In this document: piece by piece, positions 13,701 to 25,100 of the stretch
How positions within the stretch are numbered: position 1 is the first letter of the stretch
Layout: every line of letters begins with the position of its first letter
Origin: Pristiophorus japonicus
Lineage: Eukaryota
Assembly (NCBI RefSeq): GCF_044704955.1
Contig: NC_091987.1
Location: 159,650,001 to 159,714,000 of the forward strand
Direction of reading: 5' to 3'
Length of the DNA stretch: 64,000 bases
The notes under the pieces: generated by a model
Databases searched by the model: none
The model's input: only the letters and a program-made list of their open reading frames with translations
What the model was told of the DNA's origin: nothing
Made by a program: the position numbers and the translations under genes

Positions 13701-14374
13701 GCCGGGTTCTGTTCGGTGGAGGCCATGTTCGGTTCGGTTGGGCCTGGGTTTGGTTTGGTTGGGGACGATTTCTGTTTAGTTGGGGCCAGTTGCCGTTTGG
13801 TCTGGGCCGGGTTCGGTTCGGTTGTGGTCGGCTTCGATTCGGTTGGCGCCCGATTCGCTTCGGTTGGGGCCGGCTTCGTATTGGTTGTGGAATGGTTCGG
13901 TTGTGGCCGGCATTGGTTCGGTTGGGGCCAGGTTTGTTTCGGTTGGGGTTGGCTTCGATTCGGTTGGGGCCAGTTTCAGTTCGGTTCAGTTGGGGCTTGG
14001 TTCGGTACGGTTCGGTTGGAGCTCGGTTCGATAAATTTGGGGCTGTGTTCGGTTCGCTTACGGTCAGTTTTTGTTGGCACCGGGTTCGGATCTGGCCGGG
14101 TTCAGTTCAGTTGCGGCCGGGTTTGAATCGGTTGCAGGCAGTTTGGTTGAGTTCGGGATGGGTTCAATTCGGTTGGTTGGGTTGGGGCCGATTCCTGTTC
14201 GGTTGGGGCCGGCTTCGGTTGGGGCCAAGTTATGTTGGGGTTTGGTTCATTTGGGGACGGGTTCATTGCGGACGAGTTTGGATCGGTTGGCCCAGGTTCT
14301 GTTCGGTTCGCTTCGGGCTGGGTTAAGTTCAGGTGGATGCGGGTTCGGTTGAGGCTGGCTTCGGTACGATTGGT
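10767..14374 (+). repeat. G/T-rich pentamer-based satellite
   Basis: Same monomer and strand polarity as 809-9007. Confidence 0.95.
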
Positions 14375-16133
14375 AGAAATGGCGGACCAATTGAACAAGT
14401 ACTTTGGTTCGGTATTCACTGAGGAGGACACAAACAACCTTCCGGATATAAAAGGGGTCGGAGGGTCGAGTAAGGAGGAGGAACTGAGGGAAATCCTTAT
14501 TAGTCGGGAAATTGTGTTGGGGAAATTGATGGGATTGAAGACCGATAAATCCCCAGGGCCTGATGGACTGCATCCCAGAGTACTTAAGGAGGTGGCCTTG
14601 GAAATAGTGGATGCATTGATAGTCATTTTCCTACATTCCATTGACTCTGGATCAGTTCCTATGGAGTGGAGGGTAGCCAATGTAACCCCACTTTTTAAAA
14701 ACGGAGGGAGAGAGAAAACAGGGAATTACAGACCGGTCAGCCTGACATCGGTAGTGGGTAAAATGATGGAATCAATTATTAAGGATGTCATCGCAGCGCA
14801 TTTGGAAAGAGGTAATATGATAGGTCCAAGTCAGCATGGATTTGTGAAAGGGAAATCACGCTTGACAAATCTTCTGGAATTTTTTGAGGATGTTGCCAGT
14901 AGAGTGGACAAGGGAGAACCAGTTGATGTGGTATATTTGGACTTTCAGAAGGCTTTCGACAAGGTCCCACACAAGAGATTAATGTGCAAAGTTGAAGCAC
15001 ATGGGATTGGGGGTAGTGTGCTGACATGGATTGAGAACTGGTTGTCAGACAGGAAGCAAAGAGTAGGAGTAAATGGGGACTTTTCAGAATGGCAGGCAGT
15101 GACTAGTGGGGTAGCGCAAGGTTCTGTGCTGGGGCCCCAGCTGTTTACACTGTACATTAATTATTTAGACGAGGGGATTAAATGTAGTAGCTCCAAATTT
15201 GCGGATGACACTAAGTTGGGTGGCAGTGTGAGCTGCAAGGAGGATTCTATGAGGCTGCAGAGCGACTTGGATAGGTTAGGTGAGTGGGCAAATGCATGGC
15301 AGATGAAGTATAATGTGGATAAATGTGAGGTTATCCACTTTGGTGGTAAAAACAGAGAGACAGACTATTATCTGAATGGTGACAGATTAGGAAAAGGGCA
15401 GGTGCAAAGAGATCTGGGTGTCATGGTACATCAGTCATTGAAGGTTGGCATGCAGGTACAGCAGGCGGTTAAGAAAGCAAATGGCATGGTGGCCTTCATA
15501 GCGAGGAGATTTGAGTACAAGGGCAGGGAGGTGTTGCTACAATTGTACAGGGCCTTGGTGAGGCCACACCTGGAGTATTGTGTACAGTTTTGGTCTCCTA
15601 ACCTGAGGAAGGACATTCTTGCTATTGAGGGAGTGCAGCGAAGGTTCACCAGACTGATTCCCGGGATGGCGGGACTGACCTATCAAGAAAGACTGGATCA
15701 ACTGGGCTTATATTCACTGGAGTTCAGAAGAATGAGAGGCGACCTCATAGAAACGTTTAAAATTCTGACGGGGTTAGACAGGTTAGATGCAGGTAGAATG
15801 TTCCCAATGTTGGGGAAGTCCAGAACCAGGGGACACAGTCTAAGGATAAGGGGGAAGCCATTTAGGACCGAGATGAGGAGGAATTTCTTCACCCAGAGAG
15901 TGGTGAACCTGTGGAATTCTCTACCACAGAAAGTTGTTGAGGCCAATTCACTAAATATATTCAAAAAGGAGTTAGATGAAGTCCTTACTACTAGGGGAAT
16001 CAAGGGGTATGGTGAGAAAGCAGGAATGGGGTACTGAAGTTGCATGTTCAGCCATGAACTCATTGAATGGCGGTGCAGGCTAGAAGGGCCGAATGGCCTA
16101 CTCCTGCACCTATTTTCTATGTTTCTATGTTTC
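14375..16133 (+). mobile_element. CR1-clade LINE, family A, duplicate of 9008-10766
   Basis: Identical 5' junction (gattggt|agaaatggcg) and 3' junction (tgtttc|cttggtccca); shares the private YINYL and ARRFEY substitutions. Confidence 0.97.
14379..16037 (+). CDS. Uninterrupted CR1 RT frame, duplicate of 9012-10670
   Basis: Part of ORF 14232-16037; about 9 amino-acid differences from the first copy by eye; no stops. Confidence 0.6.
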   Translation: MADQLNKYFGSVFTEEDTNNLPDIKGVGGSSKEEELREILISREIVLGKLMGLKTDKSPGPDGLHPRVLKEVALEIVDALIVIFLHSIDSGSVPMEWRVANVTPLFKNGGREKTGNYRPVSLTSVVGKMMESIIKDVIAAHLERGNMIGPSQHGFVKGKSRLTNLLEFFEDVASRVDKGEPVDVVYLDFQKAFDKVPHKRLMCKVEAHGIGGSVLTWIENWLSDRKQRVGVNGDFSEWQAVTSGVAQGSVLGPQLFTLYINYLDEGIKCSSSKFADDTKLGGSVSCKEDSMRLQSDLDRLGEWANAWQMKYNVDKCEVIHFGGKNRETDYYLNGDRLGKGQVQRDLGVMVHQSLKVGMQVQQAVKKANGMVAFIARRFEYKGREVLLQLYRALVRPHLEYCVQFWSPNLRKDILAIEGVQRRFTRLIPGMAGLTYQERLDQLGLYSLEFRRMRGDLIETFKILTGLDRLDAGRMFPMLGKSRTRGHSLRIRGKPFRTEMRRNFFTQRVVNLWNSLPQKVVEANSLNIFKKELDEVLTTRGIKGYGEKAGMGY

Positions 16134-19100
16134 CTTGGTCCCAGGTTCGGTTCAGTTCCGGACGGGTTCGGTTTCGTTGGGTCCGGGTTCAGTTGGGGAC
16201 GGATTCACTTGTGGACGGTTCGATTCGCTTCGGTTAGGGCCGTGTTCGGATCAGTGAGGTTGCCGCTGGGTTCGGTTCGTTATCTTGGGGCCAGGCTCGG
16301 TTGAGTTCTTGCTGGATTTGGTTCGGTTGCGGCCGGGTTCGGTTTATTCTTGGTTCGTTACGTTTGTTGCCAGATTCGATTCAGTTTGGAAAGGGTTCGA
16401 TTCGGTTGGATCCGGCTTCGGTTTGGTTGCGGCGGTGTTTGGATGGGGCAGGTTCGGTTCAGTTGGGGCCGTGTTCTGTTCAGTTGCGGCCATGTTCGCT
16501 TCGGTTGGGGTCGGGTCCGGTTAGAGTGGGGATGAGTTCGGTTTGGTTGGGGCCGCTTTCGGTTCGGTTGTGGCCGGGTTTGGTTCGGTTGGGGCCGCTT
16601 TCGGTACGGTTGTGCCCGGGTTCGGTTTGGTTGGGACCAGGTCCGGTTCCGTTTGGGCCGGGTTCGGTTCAGATGGGACTGGGTGCGCTTCAGTTGGGGC
16701 CGAGATCGGTTCGGTGGGGGAGAGATCGGTTCGGTTGGAGCAGGTTTCAGTTTCGTAGAGGCCGGTTTCGGTTTCGGAGGGGCCCGAGTCGCTTCGGTTG
16801 GGGCCAGGTTTGGTCCGGTTTGGGCCAGCTTCGCTTCGGTTGGGGCCAGTTTCTGTTCGGTTCAGTTGGGGCTTGGTACGGTTTGGTTCGGTTTGGGCCC
16901 AATTCGGAATATTTGGGGCTGGGTTCGGTTCGGATGGGACCGCGTTCGGTTCGTATTGGGCTGGTTCTGTTCGGTTCGGTTGGTGCTGGGTTCAGTTTGG
17001 TTGGGTCCGTGTTCGAATCGGTTGGGGCCATGTTATGTTCGGTTGGTTCCGTGTTCGGTTCGGTTGGGGCCGCATTCTGATCGTTTGGGGACTGGTTCAG
17101 TTCAGTTCTGGGCGGGTTCAGTTCTGTTGAGTCCGGGTTTGGTTGGGACCCGGTTCGGTACGTTTGGGGCCAGGTTCGATTGGGGCGGTTTCGGTTCAGT
17201 TCGGGCCTGGTTCGATTGGGGCCAGTTTCTGTTCCAACCGGGTTCGATTTTGGCCGAGTAAGGTTGGGGCCGGGTTCAGTTGGGGTCGGGTTCGTTGCAG
17301 AAGGGTTCGGTTCGGTTGCGGCTTGGTTTGTTTCAGTTCGCTTTGGGATGGGTTCAGTTCCTTCGGTTGGGGCCAGGTTCGGTTGGGATGGGGCTGGATT
17401 TGGTTCGGTAGGGGCCGGGTTCGGTTGGGACTTGGTTCGCTGTGGTTGGTGCCTTGTTCGGTTCAGTGTGGGACGGGTTCGGATCTTTTGGATCTGGCTT
17501 CGGTTTGGTTGCTACCGTGTTTGGTTGGGGCCGGGTTCGGTTCAGTTGCCGTCGGGTTCAGTTCTGTTGTGACGAAGTTTGCTTCGGTTTGGGCCGTATT
17601 CTGTTCGATTCGGGTCGTGTTCGGTAGGTTTGGTGCCAGGTTCGGTTTCGTTCGGGACGGGTTTGTTTCGGTCGAGGAGTGCATAGTTTGGGGCCGGATT
17701 TGCTTCGTTTGAGGCCGGGTTCTGTTCGTTTGGGGCCGGGTTCGGTTCGGTAAGGGCGGGTTCGGTTTGGTTGGGGACGTGTTCATTTCGGTTGGGGCCG
17801 GGTTTGATTCGTTTGGCGGCTGTTTCTCTTCGGTTGGGGAGGTGTTTATTTGTGGCCAATTCGGTTGGGTTGGGGAGAAGTTCGGTTGCGCCTGTGTTCC
17901 TTTCGGTTGGGGCCGGGTTCGGTTGGGACTGGGTTCGTTTCAGTTGGGTTAGGGCCGGGTTCGGTTCGGTTGGGGCCGGTTTCGGTTCGGCTGGGTCCAG
18001 TTTCTGTTGAGGTCGGTTGTAGCCGGGTTTGTATTGGGCCGGGCCGCCTTCGCTTCGGTTGGGGCTAGTTTCAGCTCCGCTCAGTTGGGGCTGGGTGCTG
18101 TGTGGTTCAGTTGGTGCCGGGTTCGTTACATTTGGGGCTGGGCTAGGATTGGGTGGTGCAATATTCGGTTGGGGCAGGTTTCGGTTAAGTTGGGGCCGGG
18201 TTCGGTTCGGTTGGTGCCGGATTCGGTTGGGGTCGGGTGCTGTTCAGTTGGCTTGGCGCGGGGTTTGGTTCGGTTGCGGGCCGTGTTCAGTTCTGTTGGT
18301 TCTGGGTTCTGTTCGGTTGGGGACGATTTATGTTTGTTTGTGGCCGGTTGCAGTTTGTTAGGGTCCGGTTTCGATTTGGTTTGGGCCGGGTTCGCTTCGT
18401 TTCAGGCCGTGTCCGATTCAGTTGTGGCCTGGTTCGGTTCAGTATTGGTCGGGTTCGGTTCAGTTGGGGCCCGATTCGCTACGGTTGGGGCCAGGTTCGT
18501 ATCGGTTGGGGAGGGTTTTGGTTGGGACCGCCGTCGGTTAGGTTGGGGCCTGGTTTGGTTCGGTTGGCTCCAGCTTCGCTTCGGTTGGGGCCAGTTTCTG
18601 TTAGCTTCAGTTGGTGCTTGGTTCGGTTCGGTTCAGTTGGGGCCAAATTCGGTTAATTTGGGGCTGGATTCGGTTCGGTTGCGGCCAGTTTAAGTTGGGA
18701 CAAGGTTCGGATCTGGCCGGGTTCGGTTTAGTTGCGGCTGGGTTTCAGTTGCTTGGGGCAAGTTCGGTTGACTTCAGGATGGGTTCATTTCGGTTCGTTG
18801 GGTTGGGGACGCGTTCTGTTGAGTAAAGTTTCGCTTCGGTATTGTTGGGGCCAGGTTCGGTTGGGGCCGGATTCGGTTGGGGTCGGGTGCTGTTCAGTTG
18901 GCTTGGCGCGGGGTTCGGTTCGGTTGCGGGCCGTGTTCAGTTCTGTTGGTTCTGGGTTCTGTTCGGTTGGGGACGATTTATGTTTGTTTGTGGCCGGTTG
19001 CAGTTTGTTAGGGTCCGGTTTCGATTTGGTTTGGGCCGGGTTCGCTTCGTTTCAGGCCGTGTCCGATTCAGTTGTGGCCTGGTTCGGTTCAGTATTGGTC

Positions 19101-22100
19101 GGGTTCGGTTCAGTTGGGGCCCGATTCGCTACGGTTGGGGCCAGGTTCGTATCGGTTGGGGAGGGTTTTGGTTGGGACCGCCGTCGGTTAGGTTGGGGCC
19201 TGGTTTGGTTCGGTTGGCTCCAGCTTCGCTTCGGTTGGGGCCAGTTTCTGTTAGCTTCAGTTGGTGCTTGGTTCGGTTCGGTTCAGTTGGGGCCAAATTC
19301 GGTTAATTTGGGGCTGGATTCGGTTCGGTTGCGGCCAGTTTAGGTTGGGACAAGGTTCGGATCTGGCCGGGTTCGGTTTAGTTGCGGCTGGGTTTCAGTC
19401 GCTTGGGGCAAGTTCGGTTGACTTCAGGATGGGTTCATTTCGGTTCGTTGGGTTGGGGACGCGTTCTGTTGAGTAAAGTTTCGCTTCGGTATTGTTGGGG
19501 CCAGGTTCGGTTGGGGCCGGGTCTGATTCAGTTGGGGATGGTTTCGGTTCGTTTGGGTTGATGCCGGATTCGGTTCGGTGGGGGCCGTGTTCGGTTTGGG
19601 CCGTGTTATGTTTGGTCCGGGTTCAGTTGCTGATGGTTTCGTTGCGAACGGGTTCGGTTTGGTTGGCCCCAGGTTCGGTTCGGTTCTGTTGGGGCGAGGT
19701 TCGGATCGGTTGGGGTCGGTGTCAGTTGGGGACGCGCTCGTTGCGGATGTGTTCGATACTGTTAGGCCCGGGTTCGGTTCGGTTTGGTTGGGGCTGGATT
19801 CGGTTGGGGCCAGGTTCGGTTCGGATGGGGTGGGTTTGGTACAGTTGGTGTCGGGTTCGGTTAGTGCTGAGTTCAGTACAGTTGGTTCCAGGTCCAGTTC
19901 AGTTCCCGACCGGTTCCCTTCGGTTGGGGCCGGGTTCAGTTGGGGACGGATTCGTTGGGGATAGGTTCGGTTCTGTTCTGTTGCGACCGTGTTCGGTTCA
20001 GTTCGGTTGGCGCTGGGTTCGGTTCGTTCAGTTGGGGCCAGATTCGATTCGGCTGTGGTTTGATTTGGTTCGGTTGGGGCCGCGTTCAGTTGGGACTTGG
20101 TTTGGTACAGTTGGTGCCAAGTTCGTTTCAGTTTGGAAAGGGTTCTGTTCGGTTGGATCCGGCTTCGCTTTGGTTGAGGCCGTGTTTGGTTGGGTCAGGG
20201 TTTGGTTCAGTTAGGGCCGGGCCCGGTTCAATTGCAACAATGTTCATTTCGGTTGGGTCCGAGTTCGGTTTGGCTGGGAACGATTTCGGTTTGATTGGGC
20301 CCATTTTCGGTTTAGTTGTGGCCGAGTTTGGTTAGGTTGGGGGGCGTTTGGTTCGGTTGGCGCCGGGTTCGCTTCGGTTGGTGCCGGGTCCGGTTCGGTT
20401 GGGTACAGTTTCTTTTCGTTTCGGTTGGTGCCGGGTTTGCTTTGGTCGGGGCCTGCTTCGCTTAACTTGGGGCCAGCTTCAGCACATCTCAGTTGGGGCT
20501 GAGTTCGGTTCGGGTCGGTTGGTGGCGGGTTCGTTATATTTGGGGCTGGGTTCGGGTTGCTTGGTGCCATTTTCAGTTGGGGCCTTTTTCGGTTCAGTTG
20601 TGGCCGGGATCGGTTGGGGTGTGGTTCGGTTGGGGCCGGGTTCGGTTCGGTGGGGACCGTTTTCGGTTCGGTAGGGTCTGTGTTCGGTTCGGTTGGGGCG
20701 ATTTCTGTTTGTTTGGGGCTGGTTGCAGTTTGGTAGGGGCCGGTTTCGGTTCGGTTGGGGCCGTGTTGTGATCGGTTCGGGCTTGTTTGTGGTTGGATGT
20801 TGTCGGGTTCGGTTCGGTTGAGGCCCGATTCGCTTCGGTTGGGGCCGGGTTCGTATCTGTTGAGGAGGGGTTCGGTTGGGGCCGTCGTCGGTTCGGTTGG
20901 GGCCTGGTTTTGTTCGGTTGAGGCCGGCTTCGCTTCAGTTGGGGCCAGTTTCTGTTTGGTTCAGTTGGGGATTGGTTCGGTTCGGTTGGGGTCTAGTTCG
21001 GTAAAATTGGGGCTGGGTTCGGATCGGTTGTGGCCAGTTTCGGTTGGTAACGGCTTCGGATCTGGCTGGGTTCGGTACAATTGCGGCCGGATTTGATTCG
21101 GTTGGGGCAAGTTCGTTTGAGTTCGGATCGGGTTCACTTCGGTTCGTTGGTTTGGTGCCGGGTTCTGTTGGTTAAAGTTTTGCATCAGTTTTGTTGGGGC
21201 CGGGTTCGGTTAGGGCCGGGTTCGGTTCAGTTGGGGATGGCTTCGGTTTGTTTGGGTTAAGGACAGGTTCGGTTCGGTTGGGGCCGGGTTCGTTTGGTGC
21301 CGAGTTCTGTTGGGGCCGTGTTTTGTTGGGGACGGGTTCGTTGCGGACGTGTTTGGTTCGGTTGGGCACGGGTACGGTTCGGTTCCGTCGGGGCTGGGTT
21401 CGGTTCAGCCAGTTTCGGTTCGGTTGGGGCTGGGTTTAGTTCAGTTGTGTGCGGGTTCGTATTGGGCTGGGTTCGGTACGGTTGGTTCCAGGTTCAGTTC
21501 AGTTCCATACGCATTCTGTTCGGTTGGTGCAGGGTTCAGTTGAGGAGGATTCGTTGGGGACGTGTTCAGTTCGGTTGGGATTGGGGTCGTGTTTGAGAAG
21601 GTTGTTGCCAGGTTCGGTTTAGTTTGGGACGGGTTTGGTTCGGTCGGGGAGGGTTTCGGTTGGGGACGGATTTGCTTCGTTTGGGACCGGGTTCGCTTTG
21701 TTTGGTGCCGGGTTATGATCGTTTGGGACCGGGTTCTCTTCGCTTGGGGCCGGGTTTGGTTCGGTTGTTGGCAGTTACGTTTAGGTTGTGGAGGAGTTCG
21801 GTTGGGCCAGTTTCGGTTTGGTTGGGGCTGGGTTTGGTTCAGTTGGGGGCAGGTTCGGGTTGGGCTGGGTTTGGTATGCTTTGTTCCAGGTTCGGTACAG
21901 TTCCGGACGGGTTCGGTTCAGTTGGGGCCGTGTTCAGTAGGGGATGGATTCGTTGGGGACGGGTTAGGTTCGGTTCGGTTGAGGCCGTGTTCGGTTCAGT
22001 TCGGTTGGCGCTAGGTTCGGTTCGTTCTGTTGGAGCCAATTTCGGTTCGGTTGGGGTTGGATTTGGTTCGGTTTGGGCCGGAATCGGTTGGGACTTGGTT

Positions 22101-25100
22101 CGGTATGGTTGGTGCCAGGTTCGGTTCAGTTTGGAAAGGGTTCAGTTCGGTTGTGTCCGACTTTGGTTTGGTTGCAGCCGTGTTTGATTGGGTCCCGGTT
22201 CGGTTCAGTTGGGGCCGGGTTCGGTTCAGTTGCGACGAAGTACGCTTCGGTTGGGGACGGGTTCTGTTCGATTGGGGTCATGTTCGGTACGGTTGTTGCC
22301 AGGTTCAGTTTAATTCGGGACGGGTTTGGATCAGTCGGGGAGGGTTTCGGTTGTGGACGGTTTCGCTTCGTTTAGGGTCGGAATCGCATCGTTTGGGGCG
22401 GGGTTCTCTTCGTTTGGGGCCGTTTCTGCTCGTTTCTGGCCGGGTTCGGATCGGTTGGGGCCTGGTTCGTTTCGGTTGGGGCCGGGTTTAGTTCGCTTGG
22501 GGCTGGGTTTGGTCCAGTTGGAGTCGGGTTCGGTTGGTGCAGGTTTCGGTATGGTTGTTTCCAGGTTCAGTTCAGTTCCGGACGAGTTCCGTTCGGTGGG
22601 GGCCGGGTTCAGTTGGGGACGGATTCGTTGGGGACGGGTTCGGTGCGGTTCAGTTGCGGCCGTGTTCGGTTCAGATCGGTTGGCGCTGGGTTCAGTTCGT
22701 TCATTTGGGGCCAGTTTTGGTTCAGTTGGGACTTGGTTCGGTACAGTTGGTGCCAAGTTCGGTTCAGTTTGGAAAGTGTTCAGTTCGGTTGGATCCGGCT
22801 TCGCTTTGGTTGCGGCAGTGTTTGGTTGGGCACGGGTTTGATTCAGTAAGGGCCGTGTTCAGTTCAATTGCGACAATGTTCGTTTCGGTTGCGTCCGGGA
22901 ATGGTTTGGTTGGGAACGAGTTCGATTTTGTTGGGGCCATTTTCTGTTCTCTTGTGGCCGAGTTCGGTTCAGTTGGAGCCGCGTTCGGTTTGGTTGGCGC
23001 CGGGTTCGCTTCGGTTGGGGCCGGGTTCGGTTAGTTTGGGTCCAGTTTCTGTTCGTTTCAGTTGGTGCCGTGTTTGCTTTGGTCGGGGCCGGCTTCGCTT
23101 ATGTTGGGGCCAGCTTCAGCTCCGCTTAGTTGGGGCCCAGTTCGGTTCGGTTCGTTTAATGCCGGGTTCGTTACATTTGGGGCTGGATTCGGGTTGCTGG
23201 GTGCCATTTTCGGTTGGGGCCGGTTTCGGTTCAGTTGGGGCCGGGTTCAGTTGGGGCCGTGTTCTGTTGGAGCCGGGTTTGTTTCGGTGGTGGCTGTGTT
23301 CGGTTCGGTAGGGTCTGGGTTCGGTTCGGTTGGGGACGATTTCTGTTTGTTTGGGGCTGGTTGCAGTTTGGTAGGGGCCGGTTTCGGTTCCGTTGGGGCC
23401 AGGTTGGCTTCGGTTTGGGCTGGGTTGGGGTCGGTTGTTGTCGGGTTATGTTCGGTTGAGGCCCGATCCGCATCGGTTGAGGCCGGGTTCGTATCAGTTG
23501 GGGAGGGGTTCGGTTGGGGCCGGCGTTGGTTCGGTTGGGGCCAGGTTTGGTTCGGTTGAGGCCGGCTTCGCTTCGGTTGGGGCCAGTTTCAGTTTGGTTC
23601 AGTTGGGGCTTGTTTCGGTTCCGTTCGGTTGGGATCCAGTTCGGTAAATTTGGGGCTGGTTCGTTTCGGTTGCGGCCAGTTTCGGTTGGGAACGGGTTCG
23701 CATCTGGCCGGGTACGGTTCAGTTGCGGCCGTGTTTGATTCGGTTGGGGCAAGTTCGGTTGAGTTCGGGACGGGTTCAGTTCGCTTCGTTGGTTTGCTGC
23801 CGAATTCTGTTGGTTAAAGTTTCGCTTCAGTATTGTTGGGGCCGGATTCGGTTAGGGCCGGGTTAGGTTCAGTTGGGGATGGTTTCGGTTTGTTTGGGTT
23901 GAGGCCGGGTTCGGTTCGGTTGGGGCCGAGTTCGTTTGGGGCCGAGTTCTGTTGGGGCCAGGTTTCGTTGGGGACGTGTTCGTAGCAGACGTGTTTGGTT
24001 CGGTTTGGCCCGGGTACGGTTCGGTTCGGTCGGGGCTGGGTTCGGTTAAGCCAGTTTCGGTTCGCTTGGGGCTGTGTATGGTTCAGTTGGGTGCGGGTTT
24101 GTATTGGGCTGGTTTCGGTACGGTTGTTTCCAGGTTCGGTTCAGTTCCATATGCGTTCAATTCGGTTGGCGCCGGATTCAGTTGAGGAGGATTCGTTGAT
24201 GACGGGTTCGGTTCGGCTCGGTTGGTGCCATGTTCGGTTTAGTTCATTTGGTGCTGGTTTCGATTCGTTATGTTGGGACCAGGTTGGGGCTGGATTTGGT
24301 TTGGTTGGGACCGGGTTCAGTTGGGACATTGTTCGGTACGGTTGGTGCCAGGTTCGGTTCAGTTTGGAAAGAGTTCAGTTCGGTTGCATCCCGCTTCGGT
24401 TTGGTTGCTGCCGTGTTTGGTTGGGGCCGGGTTCGGTTCAGTTGGGTCCGGGTTCGGTTCAGTTGTGACCATCATCGCTTCAGTTGGGGCCGGGTTCTGT
24501 TCGATTGAGGTCGTGTTTGATAAGGTTGTTGCCTGGTTCGGTTTAGTTCGGGACGGGTTTCGTTCGGTCTGGGTGGGTTTCTGTTGGGAACGGATTCGCT
24601 TCGTTTGGGACCGGGTTTGCTTTGTTTGGGGACGAGTTCTGCTCGTTTGGGGCCGGGTTCCGTTCGGTTCGTGCCGGGTTTGTTTCGGTTGGGGGCAGAT
24701 TCCGTTCGGTTTTGGAGGAGTTCGGTTGGGGCCAGGTTCGGTTTGGTTGGGGCAGGGTTTGGTTCAGTTGGGGGCAGGTTCAGGTTGGGCTGATTTTCGT
24801 ACGGTTGGTTCCAGGTTCGGTTCCGTTCCGGACGGTTTCGGTTCGGTTGGGGCCGTGTTCAGATGGGGATGGATTCGTTGGGGACGGGTTCGGTTCGGTT
24901 CGGTTAGGGCCGTGTTTGGTTCAGTTCGGTTGGCGCTGCGTTCGGTTCATTCTGTTGGAGCCAGTTTTGGTTCGGTTGGGGCTGGATTTGGTTCGGTTTG
25001 GGCCGGATACGGTTGGGACTTGGTTCGGTACGTTTGGTGCCAGGTTGGGTTCAGTTTGGAAAGGGTTCGGTTCGGTTGGTTCCGGCTTTGGTTTGGTTAC

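Larger units (their letters stand above)
8037..18718 (+). repeat. Recent tandem duplication of a satellite+LINE unit (unit 1 ~8037-13403, unit 2 ~13404-18714)
   Basis: Near-identical sequence at offset 5367 (ORF 8865 vs 14232; LINE 9008 vs 14375). The offset becomes 5311 after a 56-bp indel (ORF 12152 vs 17463). GGCC lies at all three boundaries (8037, 13404, 18715). Confidence 0.93.

Noticed and set aside
8609-16063. Antisense ORFs over the LINEs (MATLHSIG..., MSSWLNMQ..., MNLRCTPS...)
   Set aside because: Shadow frames of CR1 ORF2 that recur only because the element is repeated.
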